From Cercozoa sp. M6MM (lineage: Eukaryota; Protista; Endomyxa: Ascetosporea): 64,000 nucleotides of DNA. Numbering within the stretch: the stretch's first letter is position 1; each line of letters starts with the position of its first letter. A model generated the notes under the pieces. It did not search any database. It was not told the origin of the DNA and worked only from the letters and a program-made list of their open reading frames with translations. A program made the position numbers and the translations under genes. The stretch lies in NCBI GenBank assembly GCA_040357565.1, contig JBDODJ010000040.1. One strand, given 5' to 3'. Shown piece by piece: positions 32,114 through 47,260 of the stretch.

Positions 32114-32358
32114 ACTTGAACGGAAGACAGGTCTTCCTTCTTCAGTCGAGTCCGCGTCTAGGTCTCGTCTTCCATTGCTCAAGTCGAACTCAAGCGAAAA
32201 CGAAACCTCCGGTCAGCGCAGATTGTTACATACAGACATCACGATATAGGATACGATGCGATGGGAATACGTGTATGACACATACTAACGGTAACTGTGA
32301 ACGTAACCGACGGAACCCAGACCGAAACGAAAGGAACCAAGGAACGGAACGGAACGGA

Positions 32359-35155
32359 CTAAACCCAAGGCTGCCAGCCTTCGAACATGCGGCACAACAA
32401 GTCGGTGTCGGTTGCAGCGCGGATTAGCGAGTCCGTGGTGGCCGGACGCAACAGCTTGCGGCGCACCTGAGCAGCCACCGAGAGGCCCTGCTTGTTGAGC
32501 ACGTAGACATTGGCCTCTGCGTCGTCGCCGGTGACGGTGTCATTGTTGTTGCCGCCGTCGACGGACAGGGTATGCGCTGAGCCCTTGGTCGGCTCGAGGG
32601 CAGGGAACTCGGTGTCGCTCATGCTGGTAGCAGCGACAGGCAGAGGCACATCGCGACTCGGCTGCGCCAGCGCGTGCGCGGCATCGTCGATGAGCGCCTG
32701 GGCGTGCCGCAGCAGGCGAACCGTGTGTTGCGACAGCACCTGTACACAGGGAATAGTTGCGGAGGGTCCGAGAAGGTCGAGGTCAAATGGACGGAGGGAC
32801 AGGGCACCAGCAAGGGCGCAGAGTACACGTCAACTGAGACGTCGTCGGTGTCCTGTGCGACACCAATAGCACTGCCTCGACCGTTGGTGTCGCCAAGCAG
32901 CGCGAGCACCTGGCGACGCGAGCTGTGCCACCACTGCATCAGTTGCCGGACGTCACGCGCCTTGGCAACGGCGTCGTTGGACTGCAGCAGCTGCAGCAGT
33001 TGCTGGAGGTCCGACTCGAGCAGCTGCAGCGTCTGTCGCAGCGGCGTCTTCAGCTGACCGGCCTGTGGACGCAGACGCACCAGCTGCTGCATCGTCTGGG
33101 CCAGGTGCTAAGGAAACAGAAGGCGCATACCAAGGTCCAGACAAAGCACTGATATGAGATACCGGAGTGAGCGAGGCCACGTGTTGTCGCAACTGCTGCC
33201 AGCACACCTTGCTCTGCTGCAGGAGCACATCAAGTTCCACCATTAAGTCCTCCTCGAAGGAGTTGTCCTGCTGCTGCTGCTGCTGCTGCTGCTGTGCGAT
33301 GCTTTCGTTACTGTCACCACTAGCAGTGACACTGGTCAGGTGATCCCACTGTGTCTTCTTCTTCGACTGCTTCTTTGACTTTCGCTTCTTCTGTTGTTGC
33401 TGTTGTTGCTGCTGCAGTTGCTGTTGTTGTTGTTGTTGTTGTTGCTGCTGCTGCTGCTGCTGCAGTTGTTGTTGCTGCTGTCTGTGCTGCTGCTTGAGCT
33501 GCTGCAGCAGGTCGCCAAGCTGCTTGGCATGCGTCCGTGTGGCATGACTCTGCTCGGCGTAGGTGCGACAGGCACTGGCAGCACGGTGCAACTGATCGGC
33601 GTACTGCTGCAGTTGCTGCACGGCAGCTGCCACCGCACTATCACTCACACCGCGAACGGTCTTGGAGACAGTAGCCTCTCTGTCCTCCTTGTCCTCGTCG
33701 ACCTCGTCGTCGCTGTCGGCAGGCACGGCACCTGCCGAGGCTGCCGACAGCAGCGCGCGCTCTAGTCGCGAGGCCGAGCGCAGCTGCCGCAGCTGCATCG
33801 CAATCTGCTCGCGCAGCAGCGTCGCCTCGCATCGCCGTCGCTCCATGCTATCGGCCAGCTGCAGCAGCATACGCTCTGCCAGACCGGCTTCCTCTCTGCC
33901 AACACCGCGGGATATGCACAGGATATCTACGGGTCCAGACAAGGCCAATGTACGCATTGTGCGTGCGGTGTCGCTCGGCACGTGTGCGCAGCCACTCCTC
34001 CTGCCAGCGCATCGAGGCGTCGGCGTGCCGCATCTCGCGGCGCAGCTCGCGCAGGTGTTCGCGCATTGTCGACAGCACACGCAGGTGCCGCACGCGTGCC
34101 GGCAGACCTGGGTACACAGGGGGGCACACCAGGGTAGGACTGGCATCACAGACAGCGAGGAGGATACCTTGGGAACGCAGTTCCTTGCCAGCAGACGGAA
34201 TGATGTGCTGGTGCAACCACGCGAGTCCGAGTGCGTGCGATCGGGCCTGCTGAAGCACCTGCGGCAGCGACAGAGGACAGGGCAGCATGCTAGCAATCAC
34301 TCGAGGTGACAACTGGCACTGCAGGCGACAAAGGTGCATCACATGCAGTGCCTCTTCGCTCTGACCGGCCAGCGTGAAGCCCAGCTATAACGCACGATAG
34401 TATACGATACAGCCTTAGCATAGCTATAGCCATATCGCGGAAGAAAGATAAGTACATGAAGATGTGCCGTCACGAGTGTCTGCATGAGGGCCGCGAGCGG
34501 TGTGTCCAGTGCACTGTGCAGCAGTTTCGACATGCACAGCGACACGATACGCTGCACCTTGGTGGCGGCCAGTTGCGACACTGTCGGCTGGTGGTAGGCC
34601 TCCTCGCTGCCCGTTTTGACACCAAGTGCCTGGAGTGGACTCGACCTGTAGGCACCCAAGAAGCTGCTGAGTTGGGCAGCTGCGTGCGACACAGTCGAGT
34701 CGCACACCTGGCGACTCCTATCGCACGTGAAGGCAACGACCGGACGGGCGGCCTGCAGGAAGTGCGACACGGCCGCATGGGCCTCGTTGAGTGCCGCATT
34801 TGGATCCGTCTTGCCCTCGCGGAAGAGAGCGACAGCACGTGCAGGCACCGTGATACACAGGAAGGTGCACAGCTGCGCCAGCTGACCGAGCAGTCCACCG
34901 ACAGGTCGGGTCGAGTTGTCATCCACGTGCAGGTGCGGCAGCAGCAGCGACAGCACCTGCAACAGCGCATGCCGATCGGTGCCGACCTGAGCGACCTCGT
35001 GCGTGAAGGACAGGCCACAAGCACGCCGAAGTGACAGGTGTTCACTGCGTAGGACCGTGTCCAGAAGGCACATCACGGCACCGCGTGTCTGCCGACTCTG
35101 CTGCAGTGCAGTCAGGTGACTCGACATCTCTGCCTGCAGTAACGACGCCTGTTGC

Positions 35156-35196
<41 letters not shown>

Positions 35197-35909
35197 TTCA
35201 CTGATGTCACTGAACAAGGCGATTGTCCTGTGCAACAAAGCAGCATCGTCGGCGACATCAAGCACCGGTGCTGGCGCATCCTGCTTCTCTCCTTGCTCAC
35301 TCGACTGCATTGCGTTGTGCGCATCGTGCTTCAGCTGCGCCTGCAGTCGCACCGCCGTCTGCAGCAGCGAGGCTCGCGACGTGCCACTCAGCGTCGCCTC
35401 TAGCTGCGTCGCCGACACACCTCGCAGCACCGCGGCCTGTCCCCAGGGAGTACCAGTCTATAGAAGGATGCAAACAAAAAGGTACCATTTTGCACACGTG
35501 CGCAGCGGAGCGTCGCAAGGCGGAGCGACATTTGGAACTGGCGTCGGCCCACTCCTTGCACAGCACGCGCGTCTTGGATACGATGCCTTCCTTAATCAGG
35601 TATTCGGACCCTTGCTGCAAGGGGTAGGGCACGGGTAGGGCAGCGGTAGGGCGTAGGAGCAGATAGATGCACAGACACCGAGAGAAGTACCTGCAACTGC
35701 ACCGACTTGAGTAGACGCAGGACCTCGTCGTGCTCATGACTTGCGTCGGTAGTACCGGTGGCACGCATCACACTCGGCCAGTGCACCTGCAGGATCTGCG
35801 CCTCCTGCTGTTTGGCGCTCTCGATGACGCGCCAGGCCTCTGTGACCTCGTGCGCATGTCCTAACTCTGTCAACGGCGCTCGCAGTCGCTTCCTGGAGTT
35901 GGGTAAAAT

Positions 35910-36000
<91 letters not shown>

Positions 36001-39000
36001 GGGGGCAGGGTTAGATAGGGATACCAGCGCATCTGCGCGGTCTGCAAGGCGTGTCGCAGTCGTCTCTGCTTGCGCAGCAGGACTTCGCGACGCTCCTGCA
36101 GCAGCGCGCGCAGCAACGGCACGCCACCGAGTCGCTCGGCCAGTCCACTGGCCTCAGGCACGCCGAGGACACTGAGTGCCTGCACATCCATCTGGTCCAG
36201 TGCGGCCTGCGCCTTGTGCATGGCATCACGACCTTGTTGCGCCAGCAGCACCGACTCCGTCAGCGGCGTCAGGTCGCGCACTTGTCGCGACAACTGCAGC
36301 AGTCCACTCCGGAAGGCATCTGGCCAACAGAGTCGGAGGGGGTAGAGTGTAGGGTAGGTAGGAATAGGGTGGGTAGGGGTACCACCGCGACGACGCTTGC
36401 GCAGCAGCGCGGCGTGCCGCCAGTCGCGCAGCGGGTCGAACACGAGCGCACGCAGCAGTCGTAGCAGCAGCGAGCGTGTCGACGAATGGCACAGCACGGT
36501 CATTACGTCCTGACACTGCTGCTGAAAGATGCCACCGACACCGCCACTCGGCAGCAGCATTCGTCGCAGCACGCGCGTCAGTCGGAACGGTACTCGCTCC
36601 GGCACAGGCAGGTGCTTGCCCTGGCGGTGATGGGAATGGACATGGAGATAGGCATGGAGATAGGCATGGAGATAGGCATGGAGATAGGCATGGAGTGTAA
36701 GGACAGCATGTACCTTGTCAAACGCAACGGCAAAGTCGATGTGCACAATGTCGCCACTGCGCGCGTCCAGCAGCAGGTTGCCGCAGTGCCGGTCGCCGAT
36801 GCCGAGTGCATAGCCAATCATCGAGCCCGACGCCAGCGATCGCGCCGCGCGTCTCTGACGCTCCTGCTGCACCTGCACGCTGCCACTGCGTGCCACGAAC
36901 AGGTGCCGTGCCTGTACACACGTACATCAGTAGAGACACAGGGGGGGGGGGGGGGAGGTAGACGGGGATACCGAGTCGCCAGGCACGAGTGCTTGCATGT
37001 CGAGCATGGCACGTCGTTGCACCGTCAGTGGCCATCTGATCGATCATACGGAGAAGTGACCAAGCAACCCACTGATCATTGATCGCAGACGGGAGTACCT
37101 GCGCCTAGGTGGCAGTGTGCGATCGCTCGGTTTCATCACGCCCTCCTGTAGCAGCAGCTGGCGCACGCGGCGTCGCCACTCGGCCGTCACACTGCCAGTG
37201 TCACGTAGTTGTCGCTGCTGCTGCTGCTGCTGTTGTTGTTTCTGCTGTTGCTGTTGCTGTTGTTTCTTGTGCGCAGCGTCAGTGTCGCCCAGACGTGCCA
37301 TGACGGTCGACACGACGTCAGTGAGTGGCGTGGCACCTTTCACCCAGCCAATCAGACCGCAGCGCGCTCCTCTGGGAGGTGGGTAGGTAGGGTAGAGTAA
37401 GTAGGGTAGAGTAAGGTAGGGTGGATGGGTAGGGTAGGGCAGGGTAGGGCAGGGCAGGGTAGGGCAGGGCAGGTGGGTGGGGTAGGATAGGGTGGGTTGG
37501 GGTAGAGGATAGGGGTGGAGGGTAGGGGTAGGGCAGGGTAAATAGGTGTGTACAGAGGCAGTGCCGCAAAGGTGCGCATAAGGCCGCCCATGCGGTGCCG
37601 CCCAAGCGTCTCGTTGACGCACGCGAAGCACTGCATCACACGCTGGTCGAGTCGCAGGTCCTGCCGCGTCTTCAGCAAGAAGAAACGCCGCCTGCCGTCC
37701 GTGCAACTACACAACCGGGGGGGGGGGTAAGGGTACGGTCTATGACAGACTGGTCGGTACACGAATCCAAGTCGTTTGGGTCGCGTCTTGGTCGGCAGCA
37801 CATGCACCTCGGTACACATGGCCTGGATCTCGACGCCTCTGCGTTGCGCATACGTCGTGTATAGTACAAGAGAACAGAAACAGAAGGAAGGCAAGGCAAC
37901 ACACCCATCGGCAGGCAGCGACACTGTCTGTTCCGACAGCAGCGAGTTCAGCGTTGGTGCTACCTGCTGCGCGTTCAGTGGCTTGCACAACGACAACTTC
38001 TTCAGCAGCGGGTGCAGCAGCTTCTGTTCGGGGGGGGGGGGGAGGGGTAACTGGGGGGGGGGGTAAAACACGCGTGTACCTGACGGCGTGCAGGCCAGAC
38101 ATCGGCAGCGAATGCAGCGACGACGTTTCGCCAGTGGCCCCGCGTGTTATCGGCACCAACAGCTGTCTTGGCATCTTTGTCTTTGCGTGCGTCCGCGCGG
38201 ACAGCCGAGCGGAGGGGAGGACTGCGCAGGAAACTGACGACTTGCTGTAGCACGCCGCTCAACTGACCGATCACTTGGCGGTCGTGCGGGGTCGCACTCT
38301 GGCCTGCGGGGGAAGGGGTAAGGGTAAGGGAATAAAGGGAGTAGGATCATGTATGTACCCTCGATGATGTTGTCGATCTCGGCGCACAGTTTGAACACGG
38401 GCGCCATCTCAGCACGGTAGCGTCGCAGCAACTCGCGATGTGTCATGTGCTACAACACAAGGGTGGGAGGGAGGTCATATAGACATATCCATAGACAATG
38501 TACATAGATAGTAGAGACATGTGACAGGTAGTTACATTGGGAGCAAGGTTCTTCTTGCGCAACGAACTGGCGTACGAGGTCTCCTGTGCCTCCTCAGTCT
38601 GAGTCGTCGACAGTACCTACACAGAGACATATCCCCAGGCATCCCTTAGCCTGTACCCCCTCTCTCCCTTCAGACAGAGGGAGGGAGGTACCAGGGACTC
38701 CTGCAGCAAGGCGAGTCGACGCGGCACCTCGACGTCTAGTCGACGCAGCAGGTCGAGCAAGGTGTCGCGTCGCAGCATGCTCAGACTGCGCAGTGCCTCC
38801 ATCACTGCCTCGGCCGACTTCTGTGTGGTACCACACAGACAGAGTTGATGTGTAGGTACTGGGTAGGTGGGTACTGGGTCGGTAAATACTGGGTAGGTAG
38901 GTACTGGGTACCAAGACACGCGAGTGCCGCTGCTGCATGGAGTGATAAAGTCGCTGCAGTGCGGCGTGGCGCCGGTCCGAGCCAGAGGTGCCGCCGGAGG

Positions 39001-41639
39001 TGCTGCTGTCCTCGCTGACAACCTCGGTGACGTCATCATCGCTGTGCAGGTCGGCCAGCAGTGCAAAGCACACGTCACTGGCCGAGTGACTCGCCACGAC
39101 CTCGATCACCCGCTGCAGCACGCTGTCCGTGCGTGCTGGTCCACTGCGTCCTACCCACACGGGTGTAGAGTTACATGGTAGGGCAATGGTATGGGTTGAG
39201 GGAAAGAACAGGGGCGGGGACAAGGAGGGGACATGGGGCCGGATAGAAACGGTACCGACACGCGCCAGCAGTTGCGGCAGCAGCTGCGTCCACGCGGCGT
39301 GATCGCAGTGCACCATGTCGAGCAGCATGTCGAGTGTCACGTGCGCGGCATCATCCAACTGGTCGCACGACTGGTCACATGATTGATCGCACGACTGGTC
39401 ACACAGACGGTCCAGCACGACAGAAAAGTCGCCCAGCAGCGACACGGCGAAGGAGGCGTGAGTTAGCGTGTGCACCTCCAGGGTGCTGTCTTTGGACGGC
39501 AGTCCAGTCGGCGTACCAGTCGGCAGGCCAGTCAGCACGCTGTCGTGACTGGCTCGCAGCGAGGCCAGCAGCAGCGCGCGCAGTTCCGGCATCGTCTGGA
39601 CTCGCTGCCGCTGCGACTCGATCAGAGTCAGCGCCGCGTCGGCCGTGTCGTCGTTGGTGGACTCACGTGTGCCTGTCTCCTCGCGGGAAGTCGGTCCAGT
39701 GTCCGTGTGGGAGTTGGAGCCACTGGGACAGGAGCCACTCATACAGGCGTCGAAGAGAGCGACGTCGTCAAAGTGTCGGTCCACGCGATGCTGCATGAAG
39801 AGAGCGACGCTGTAGCGAGCCAGTGCACTGGACTCGCCCGTGTCCGCCACCTGCTCGAGTCGAGGCAGCAGCTGCTGTTGCAGCACGCTCTCGGTCGCCG
39901 TGTCGCTCACTGGCAGCACCATCGGCGACACCGTCGCTGACTCGGGCGCAGTGATGGCGCGTGACACCAGCGACGCCGCCACGTGCGCCATCAGAGTCGA
40001 CGGTGCCGGCGACTCCAGCACCACATGCACCGCGTCCCTCAGACCGCTCTCTTCGCACGTGTTCGACAGCAAGGAGTGCGCCGCCTGCACCACCTTCCAA
40101 TTGCTGTCTGCCTTTGCTTGCACCTGGAGGGTGGAAGCACAAAGCAGCATCGAGCATCGGACATAGCAGGCACAATACGCGGGGGGGGGGGCAAGGTACC
40201 AAACCAGATGGTGCAAATGGCGCGATCTTCACCAGATCGGCAATGAGATCACCGTCAGTGAGACACGTGTAGTCACAGCGCAGCACCTGACTCACTAAGA
40301 GTCGCTGCAGCGTGCTGCGCATCTCTGGCGGAACCGTAGCGTCCGCGCGGAAACTTGCATCGTCGGCAATGCGACACAGCGCCTCGACCACTCCGCGAGG
40401 AACGGCGGCAGTCGCATCGATCTGACGATGCACGTGTTCGTAGGCATGTGATACTGCCGTTGACACATGCAGTGGCGTCGCTGTGACCACTCGCTTGAGC
40501 GTTTCGCCCGCAGCCTCCGCGCGGATGTCCGCAGACCCGTGCGCGCGGACAATGTCCTGGCCAAGGAGCGCGTCGAAGCGTCGGAGTGCGGCGAGATCAC
40601 TGTCATCGGCGTTGTCGTGCGGCGTCGCATCATCAATGTGCTGCATGTCGATCTGCATATTCAGGGTGCGCAGGTGCTGCCGCATCGCTCGGGACACGTG
40701 CTGCTGCCAGGCAGGGGAACAGGCGATGGGCCGACACTCGACGAGTTGGCCTTGCAGCATGTGCGACCTTGCAGAGCACACAGCAACGAGGACTTCCACT
40801 CGCTCTTGCAGTACGTCGTCTTCTCTATTTGGAGCACGGAGTGATAGGACAAGAGGTAGGGGCAGGAACAACGAGTGGGGGCAGGGATAAAGGGTATGTA
40901 AGAGTGGGGATAGGTTTGTAGGGATAGGTGTAAAAGAGGTAGTGGTAGGTAGGTAAGGGTACTCGGAGGCACGCGGCGCCACAGGCGCGAGCTGTGTGGC
41001 CAGTGCTTGCCACAGATCGCTCGCGTCGCGTCGATTCGGCAGTGCGCACAGCGTGTCATACGCCAGGCACACGGCCTGCTCCAGACTGGACACAAGCGAT
41101 GTCCGCACGGACTCCTGCGACCACTGTGCGACCACCGAGTCGCCGAGTTGCAGCATGAGTTTCCACGCCTGTCCAGGGGAGACACAAAGTATATCAGAAG
41201 CAGCCAAGAAAGTCACAGGTCACATACCTCCTCAGGCACACAGAGCATCGAACTCAATTGCAGCAGCACCAGTCGGTTCTAAACAGCAAGATGTAACCGC
41301 AGAGAGAGAGAGAAAGGAGAATACTGGAGGGGTGGGTGTGAGTTCAGTACCGTGCGGAAGAACTGTTGGCACACAGTGAAGTTGTTGGCGAAGAAGACAC
41401 GCGCCTGCGTTGAGACGCCGGTGAACACGTCGCCCGGCGTGTGCAGACGGCCGGCTGCTTGCTGCATGGCCGTGCGCAGACACAGTGCCACGCGCAACAA
41501 CGTTCGGCACGCCATAGCGACGGCACCGCCGCGCTCGTGCTTGGCCAGCAGCGACACGCCGCTGTACAGTGCCTGCTGCAGCAGCTTGAGCGTCGACTGG
41601 GCGTTGCCCTGTGTCGTATACTCTTACTCAGCAAGTCAA

Positions 41640-41690
<51 letters not shown>

Positions 41691-44447
41691 ATGGTACCAA
41701 CGACGACTGCAGTCGCCGTCGCACCAAGGAACCCGCCACACGGTGTGCCAGCCACCAGGAGCACAGGTCAAAGTCAGTGCCCAGTCCATCGGCAGGCACG
41801 TTCATCAGACCTGTCACCAGAGGCACGGCTGTCGCAGCCTTGCACAGCTCAGAGTCCTGCCACGACTCCTGAGAATGCAGCAAGGATAACACAGAGGGTG
41901 TAACAGGAAGGCAGGAAGTATAACAGGGAAATATATAAAGAGAGCAAGGGGAAGTTAAACCCAGTCGAAACGAGTCATATCATTCACGAACACGCCAAGC
42001 AACTGGTCGGCGGCGGCATCTTCGATCGCACTGGACAAAGCGTTGCCCTGCTCGAAGGCTGCGTTGACCTGGAGGGCCGAGTGCCACCTATCCACACATA
42101 CAATGCCTCTCATCCTGTCTTGGTTCTTGAGGGACATGAGGTATGATACTTCGAGAGCCACTGGTCCTGATCGATTCGAAGGTCGGAGTGTTCACTCTGC
42201 AGCAACACGACCGAGCAGGCGTGGCGCAGGTCGCGAGCAGCACGTCGCACCTCGGTGAGTTCGTCCTGCGAGTACTGCTCAGTCAGCGGCACGATCCGCG
42301 CCAGCTTCTGCTGAGCGTCTGCCGTGTCCAAGAAGAGCACTGCGCACTGTTTGAGCACTTTTAATGCCGTCGCAGGCACCAGCGGTGTCAGTTCGATCGC
42401 GATGTCAGCGAGGCTTTGAACATCTTGCGTCGACCTTCGCCTACATTTAGGTATCATATGATAGACAGGCAGATGTGTGGTGGTGACTACTTACCGCGTC
42501 TGCTGCATGGCAACACTGGCCCACTCGAGCCAGGCCTCCTGGTCCTGGCGGCACATGGGCAGCTGCATGCGAGGCAGCCACTCGAGTGCCTTGCGCAGGT
42601 GCACCGACATGTCGCCACCTGCCTTGCACAGGGTGCGCAGCAGAGTCACCGCCACGTGAGTTGTTCGGCCGCCACGCAGCATCTGTTGGCGAAAGTTGAG
42701 GCTAGTTTAGATAAAGAGCGAAGGTAGCCGGAAGCAAGTGTACCTCATGGCGCACGAGTTGGAGTGCCGGGTTGGCCAATGTGTCTTCTTGAAAGACACA
42801 CCACCTTCTCAGCAGGCACGCCGAGACACGCGGGTGGTGAGCCGTGTTCCTGACGATACCAGCACGCAGCAGCGACTCGGACATGTCACCCGAGTCCTCC
42901 GTGCACAGTACCGTCTCCAGTGCAGGCACGTGTGATACCAAGAAAGCACCACCTGTAGTCAAGTTAACACACACACAGAAATACATAGATACATAGATAC
43001 ATAGATACATAGATACATAGATACAAACATCAACAGACAAGCAGACGACATGCAGACAAGAGAACAGAAGGTACCCAGCTGGTCCTGCTGCGCAGCCCAT
43101 TCCTCGCCGAGCTGTCGACAGAAAACGCGCACGTGCGCACTGTTGTACTCAGTTCTCAGCACGAGTTCCGGCAGGTTAGCCCGCTCCAGCAAGGTGCCGT
43201 TGGCAGCGGCCTCGCGTGTCTCCTCTACGTCGCTGGCACATGCGATTCGCAGCACGTGCAGGAACAATGGTTGCAAGGCTTCTGCGACTTCGCCTTCCTC
43301 AAGCGGACCGCCAAAGTTCGCAAATATACCTGCACAGAAGGGACAGGTCTCTAAGGGCAACGCAAAGACAAGGACCTGCATACCACGGTGTCCCCAGTGA
43401 CGTAGGATGCGCGCAGCAGCATGCAGAAACGCCAGAGTGTGCGTGTGCCCTTTCACACTGCGTGCAAGCATGCGCGACAAGAACACCAAGGTCGATTTGG
43501 TCGTGTTCTGCAGGTGCACGGGGGAAGGGTCGTATGTACTTGGTATCATCCGTACTATGTATTGAAAGGAAGAGAGAACTGCACCTTAAGTTCGATACTC
43601 GAGTCGCCGAACGCGGCGTCGGTGTTGAGTGCATGCACGCGTGCCATGATGCGTGCGCACAGACAGGCACTCTCGCTGCAGAGTCGGTGCGACTCGTCCG
43701 GCAGCTCAAGTGTCAGCGGCATCGGAGATACCTGCAGCAGCAGCTCCAGCAGCATCAGCTGCTCGCGCGTGTAGCCTCTTAGCACAAGTCGCGTCGTTCG
43801 CGTTCCTAGGCCGAGCAGGTGGCGCAGCACCTCGCTCGTGTAGCCTCCTAAATTTGAACATATCTCTTCAAACGGGCAAGCACAAAAAATAGACGGCAGT
43901 GTGCTACCTTTAGCCTGGTAGTGCAGGGCAACCGACACTGCTAACGCCAGTGACGGCGCGCATGTACGCGCAGGCAGTTGCAGCAGCATGTGGCACAGCA
44001 AGTCGTGCGGACACAACGTCAGCAACACCGACGCTCCACGCAGTGGTACGTGCGACAACGTACTTGGCATACTCTGCGTGTAATGCACATGCATCGATGG
44101 ATATATATATATATATATATATATATCGACACGGACAACCAGGCACCTCAATGTAGGTCAGTAGCGGTACTAGCACTTGCCCGACTTCCTGTACAGGTGC
44201 CTCTTTGGCAAGGAACTTCCACCCGCGCGTGGCCACGTGGCACAACGCTTCGTCCTCGTTGTCCTATTGAGACAGCACAGACGTCCTGATGACTATGAAG
44301 GCAGAGGGGATCGAACCTGTAGCATCAGTGCATTCACTGCCGTCGCAATCGCGTCAAGCAGACGCACACGGCCCTTTCTCTGTACGGTAACTCGTAACAA
44401 CAAGCGCGCATGGGAAAGAAATCACTTACAGGAGCCCGCTGTCTCAT
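32359..44447 (-). CDS. SMG1: SMG1-like PI3K-related protein kinase (NMD kinase)
   Basis: LPTKTRPKRL; FLLKTRQDLRLDQRVMQ; GIGDRHCGNLLLD..HIDF..FDKGKHLPVPERVPFRLT; long insertion between kinase and FATC; FATC LCRMFEGWQPWV*. Confidence 0.88.
36641..36695. repeat. 12-bp tandem repeat (CATGGAGATAGG)n in an SMG1 kinase-domain intron
   Basis: About 4.5 copies read directly. Confidence 0.9.
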
Positions 44448-44713
44448 GTTGAGGTTATCATCCGTCGCAGCAGGCAATCGCTGGCTAAGGTGGCGCGTTA
44501 GTGATCGCAAACACCTTCACAGTTGCAGTTAATGCCCTCCCAGGAACAGGCTGTCGCTAATCCAAGCTACGAACGGCTCCTCGATTTTTTGATTATTATT
44601 GTTTTACAAAGCTGACAAAATTCCAGCTCGGCACATATCCGCGACTGAGTGTGCGCAGCGGTGTGCTGGTTTTTATTAAAACACACTGTTGTTGTGTTTG
44701 GCAGAAAGAAGTG

Positions 44714-46934
44714 ATGGCTGACGACTGGGGGTTTTTCCCGCTCTATCTTGGATCTAGGGCCTTGTTTATGTTTGCTTTTATCGAAACACACTCCGTAGCG
44801 AAGACGACGGGTGGGGCGAGGAGGGGTAAATTCCGAATTGATTTATCAGAGTGCCTTTCATCGCTAGCATCTCGCAGTGGCGGATGGGATGAGCCTGCGG
44901 AGGAAGTTGATAATGACGCCATTGACTCTTGTACTATTCTCGTACAGCAATCTCCTGCAGTGCATGTGTGTGTGTGTCGACATGTGTATCTTTGTGTTCA
45001 GATGTTGTTCGCGTGTGCGGTAACGTCGAGCGTGATATGTTGAACCCGGAGGTTGTCGAGATGTCACTCATGGATGTCATGCAAGAGACCGAGCGCAAGA
45101 AGGTGCACTGGGTCGAATGCCGACGTGCGTGTGTGTGTGTTTTTGTGCACTTGTTTGCGCAGGCAGAAGCAGAGGAACACGGACGCCAGCTCATGGCTGC
45201 AGAGGTGTCCTGTGCATACTGTTGTTTGCATGTCTTTGTGTCTGGGTATACATGCTTTGTGACAGGATCCTCATCGCAAGTATCTGGACGCCTGTCAGAG
45301 TGCTCTGGCGGTACTGCCCGTTGTTTCTTTTCATGAACTTTTACTGTGACTTGGAACTTCTCAGGCGCGCATGTACATAATGATTTCGCGTCGTCGCAAG
45401 CGTCTGCGCGACGCTGCTTCGTAGCGCACAGCTGCCCATGCTCGCATGCATGTGTCCATGTGTGTGTATTTTGATTGTTCCACAGGCAGTTCAACGACCT
45501 GACGGACGAGCAGAAAGACGAGGTATCACGCGATCTGTTTCGCTGTTTTGTACTCTGTATCGATGCGTATACACAGGCCCAAAAACAAGTGCTGCAGCGA
45601 CTGTTCGACGAGTGTTTCTCGAAGCTGTGGCAGAACCTTGCCGATGGCAGGTACTCGATGGAGACACACAGGCCTGTGCATGCTTACCCTGCCCCACCTT
45701 TCAGGAAGAAGAAGCGCGGCACCAAATCCGGGAGCGACGCAGGTGCCAGCTGCGCCGTCTGTCTTTGCGATTTCGAGGCCGATGAGTCCACTGCCTCCGC
45801 GTACCCTTACCCTCCGCCCGCGCTATACTCAGGCGTGAGAGATGTGGCTTGTTGTCGGTGTTCCTCAGTGTTGACGACGATCAGTTGCGCCCGATTCGTT
45901 TGTCACTGTGCGCGTGCGCTGTCACGTGCCGCGAGTGTCTCAAGGTATAGCAATGTGTTTGGTGTGTTTTATGCTTCCTTTTATGTGGTCGCGATGTCGC
46001 TAGGGCTGGCTCAACTCGTTGTGCAAGAAGGAGGCGGACTTTCTGCCTTGGCCGCGCTGTCCTGCTGGTATATGTTTCTGCGTGTTTATAAGTTGGCGGG
46101 TACTAACAGTTGCGTGCACAGACAACTGCGGCATGCCGTTGGCACCCGAGGACATGCTGCACCTGACTGTATGATGACACATGTGACTCACTTTCGTGGA
46201 AGTGTGTAGCTGTTTGGTTTCGGCAGAAAGACGTCGTCAAAATCACAGACTTGTGCGCCAACATCGCACAGCAGAACCTACTGCAGACTGGGTATGTATA
46301 CTCACTCACACATGCACAAACTCGCACATGCACATGCGCATGTACCGTTGATACTCACAGCAACTGGATTGAGTGCCAAAATGAAGCGTGCGAATTTGGC
46401 TTCTACTGCACCGACAGGTACTGTGTATTGCGGTACTTGACCTCTGTACGCACTTGAGTGGAAACACAGTAAGCTAGAGGAGGAGCGCACGTGTCAAATA
46501 TGCGACACGACGCAGAATGTGAAAAAGTCGCCCAATCTAGACGTATGTCGACTGATGTGCTTGTGCATGTGTTCCCTCATGTATTATGTCGATGTACAGG
46601 AAGGCCTGCAGGCCATGTTGGATAAGGGCGAGTTGCGTACCTGTCCATCCTGTGAACTGCCGACTTTCAAGGTGCGTTTGATGTCAAACCTCAACAGACA
46701 GATGTGCACATAAGTACACTCGTGTGTTTGCACAGGAGTACGGCATTTGTAACGTCATTCAGTGCGGCCGCTGCTCGATCTGGTGGAATTGGCGAACACG
46801 TGAGACCGGTAGCAGCAGTCGTGAACTGAAGAACCGAGTATGTCGCGCTCCGATCTTGTGGTGCTATGTTCATTCTCAACTTGGTGCTGTTTGTCGCTAG
46901 GCGCGCATGACGGGTTCGCTTTGGGAACCTGGCG
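44714..46934 (+). CDS. RBR (RING-IBR-RING)-type E3 ubiquitin ligase; 3' end lost in the gap
   Basis: CAVCLCD..C.C..CRECL..CPADNC (RING1); WIECQNEAC..CQIC (IBR-like); CPSC..KEYGICNVIQCGRCSIWWNW (Rcat-like). Confidence 0.78.
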
Positions 46935-46993
46935 GTGAGTTTCTGTTCTTCGTCTCACTGTTGCATGTGCCGTGTGCCGTGTGTGTGCGTGTG

Positions 46994-47260
<267 letters not shown>

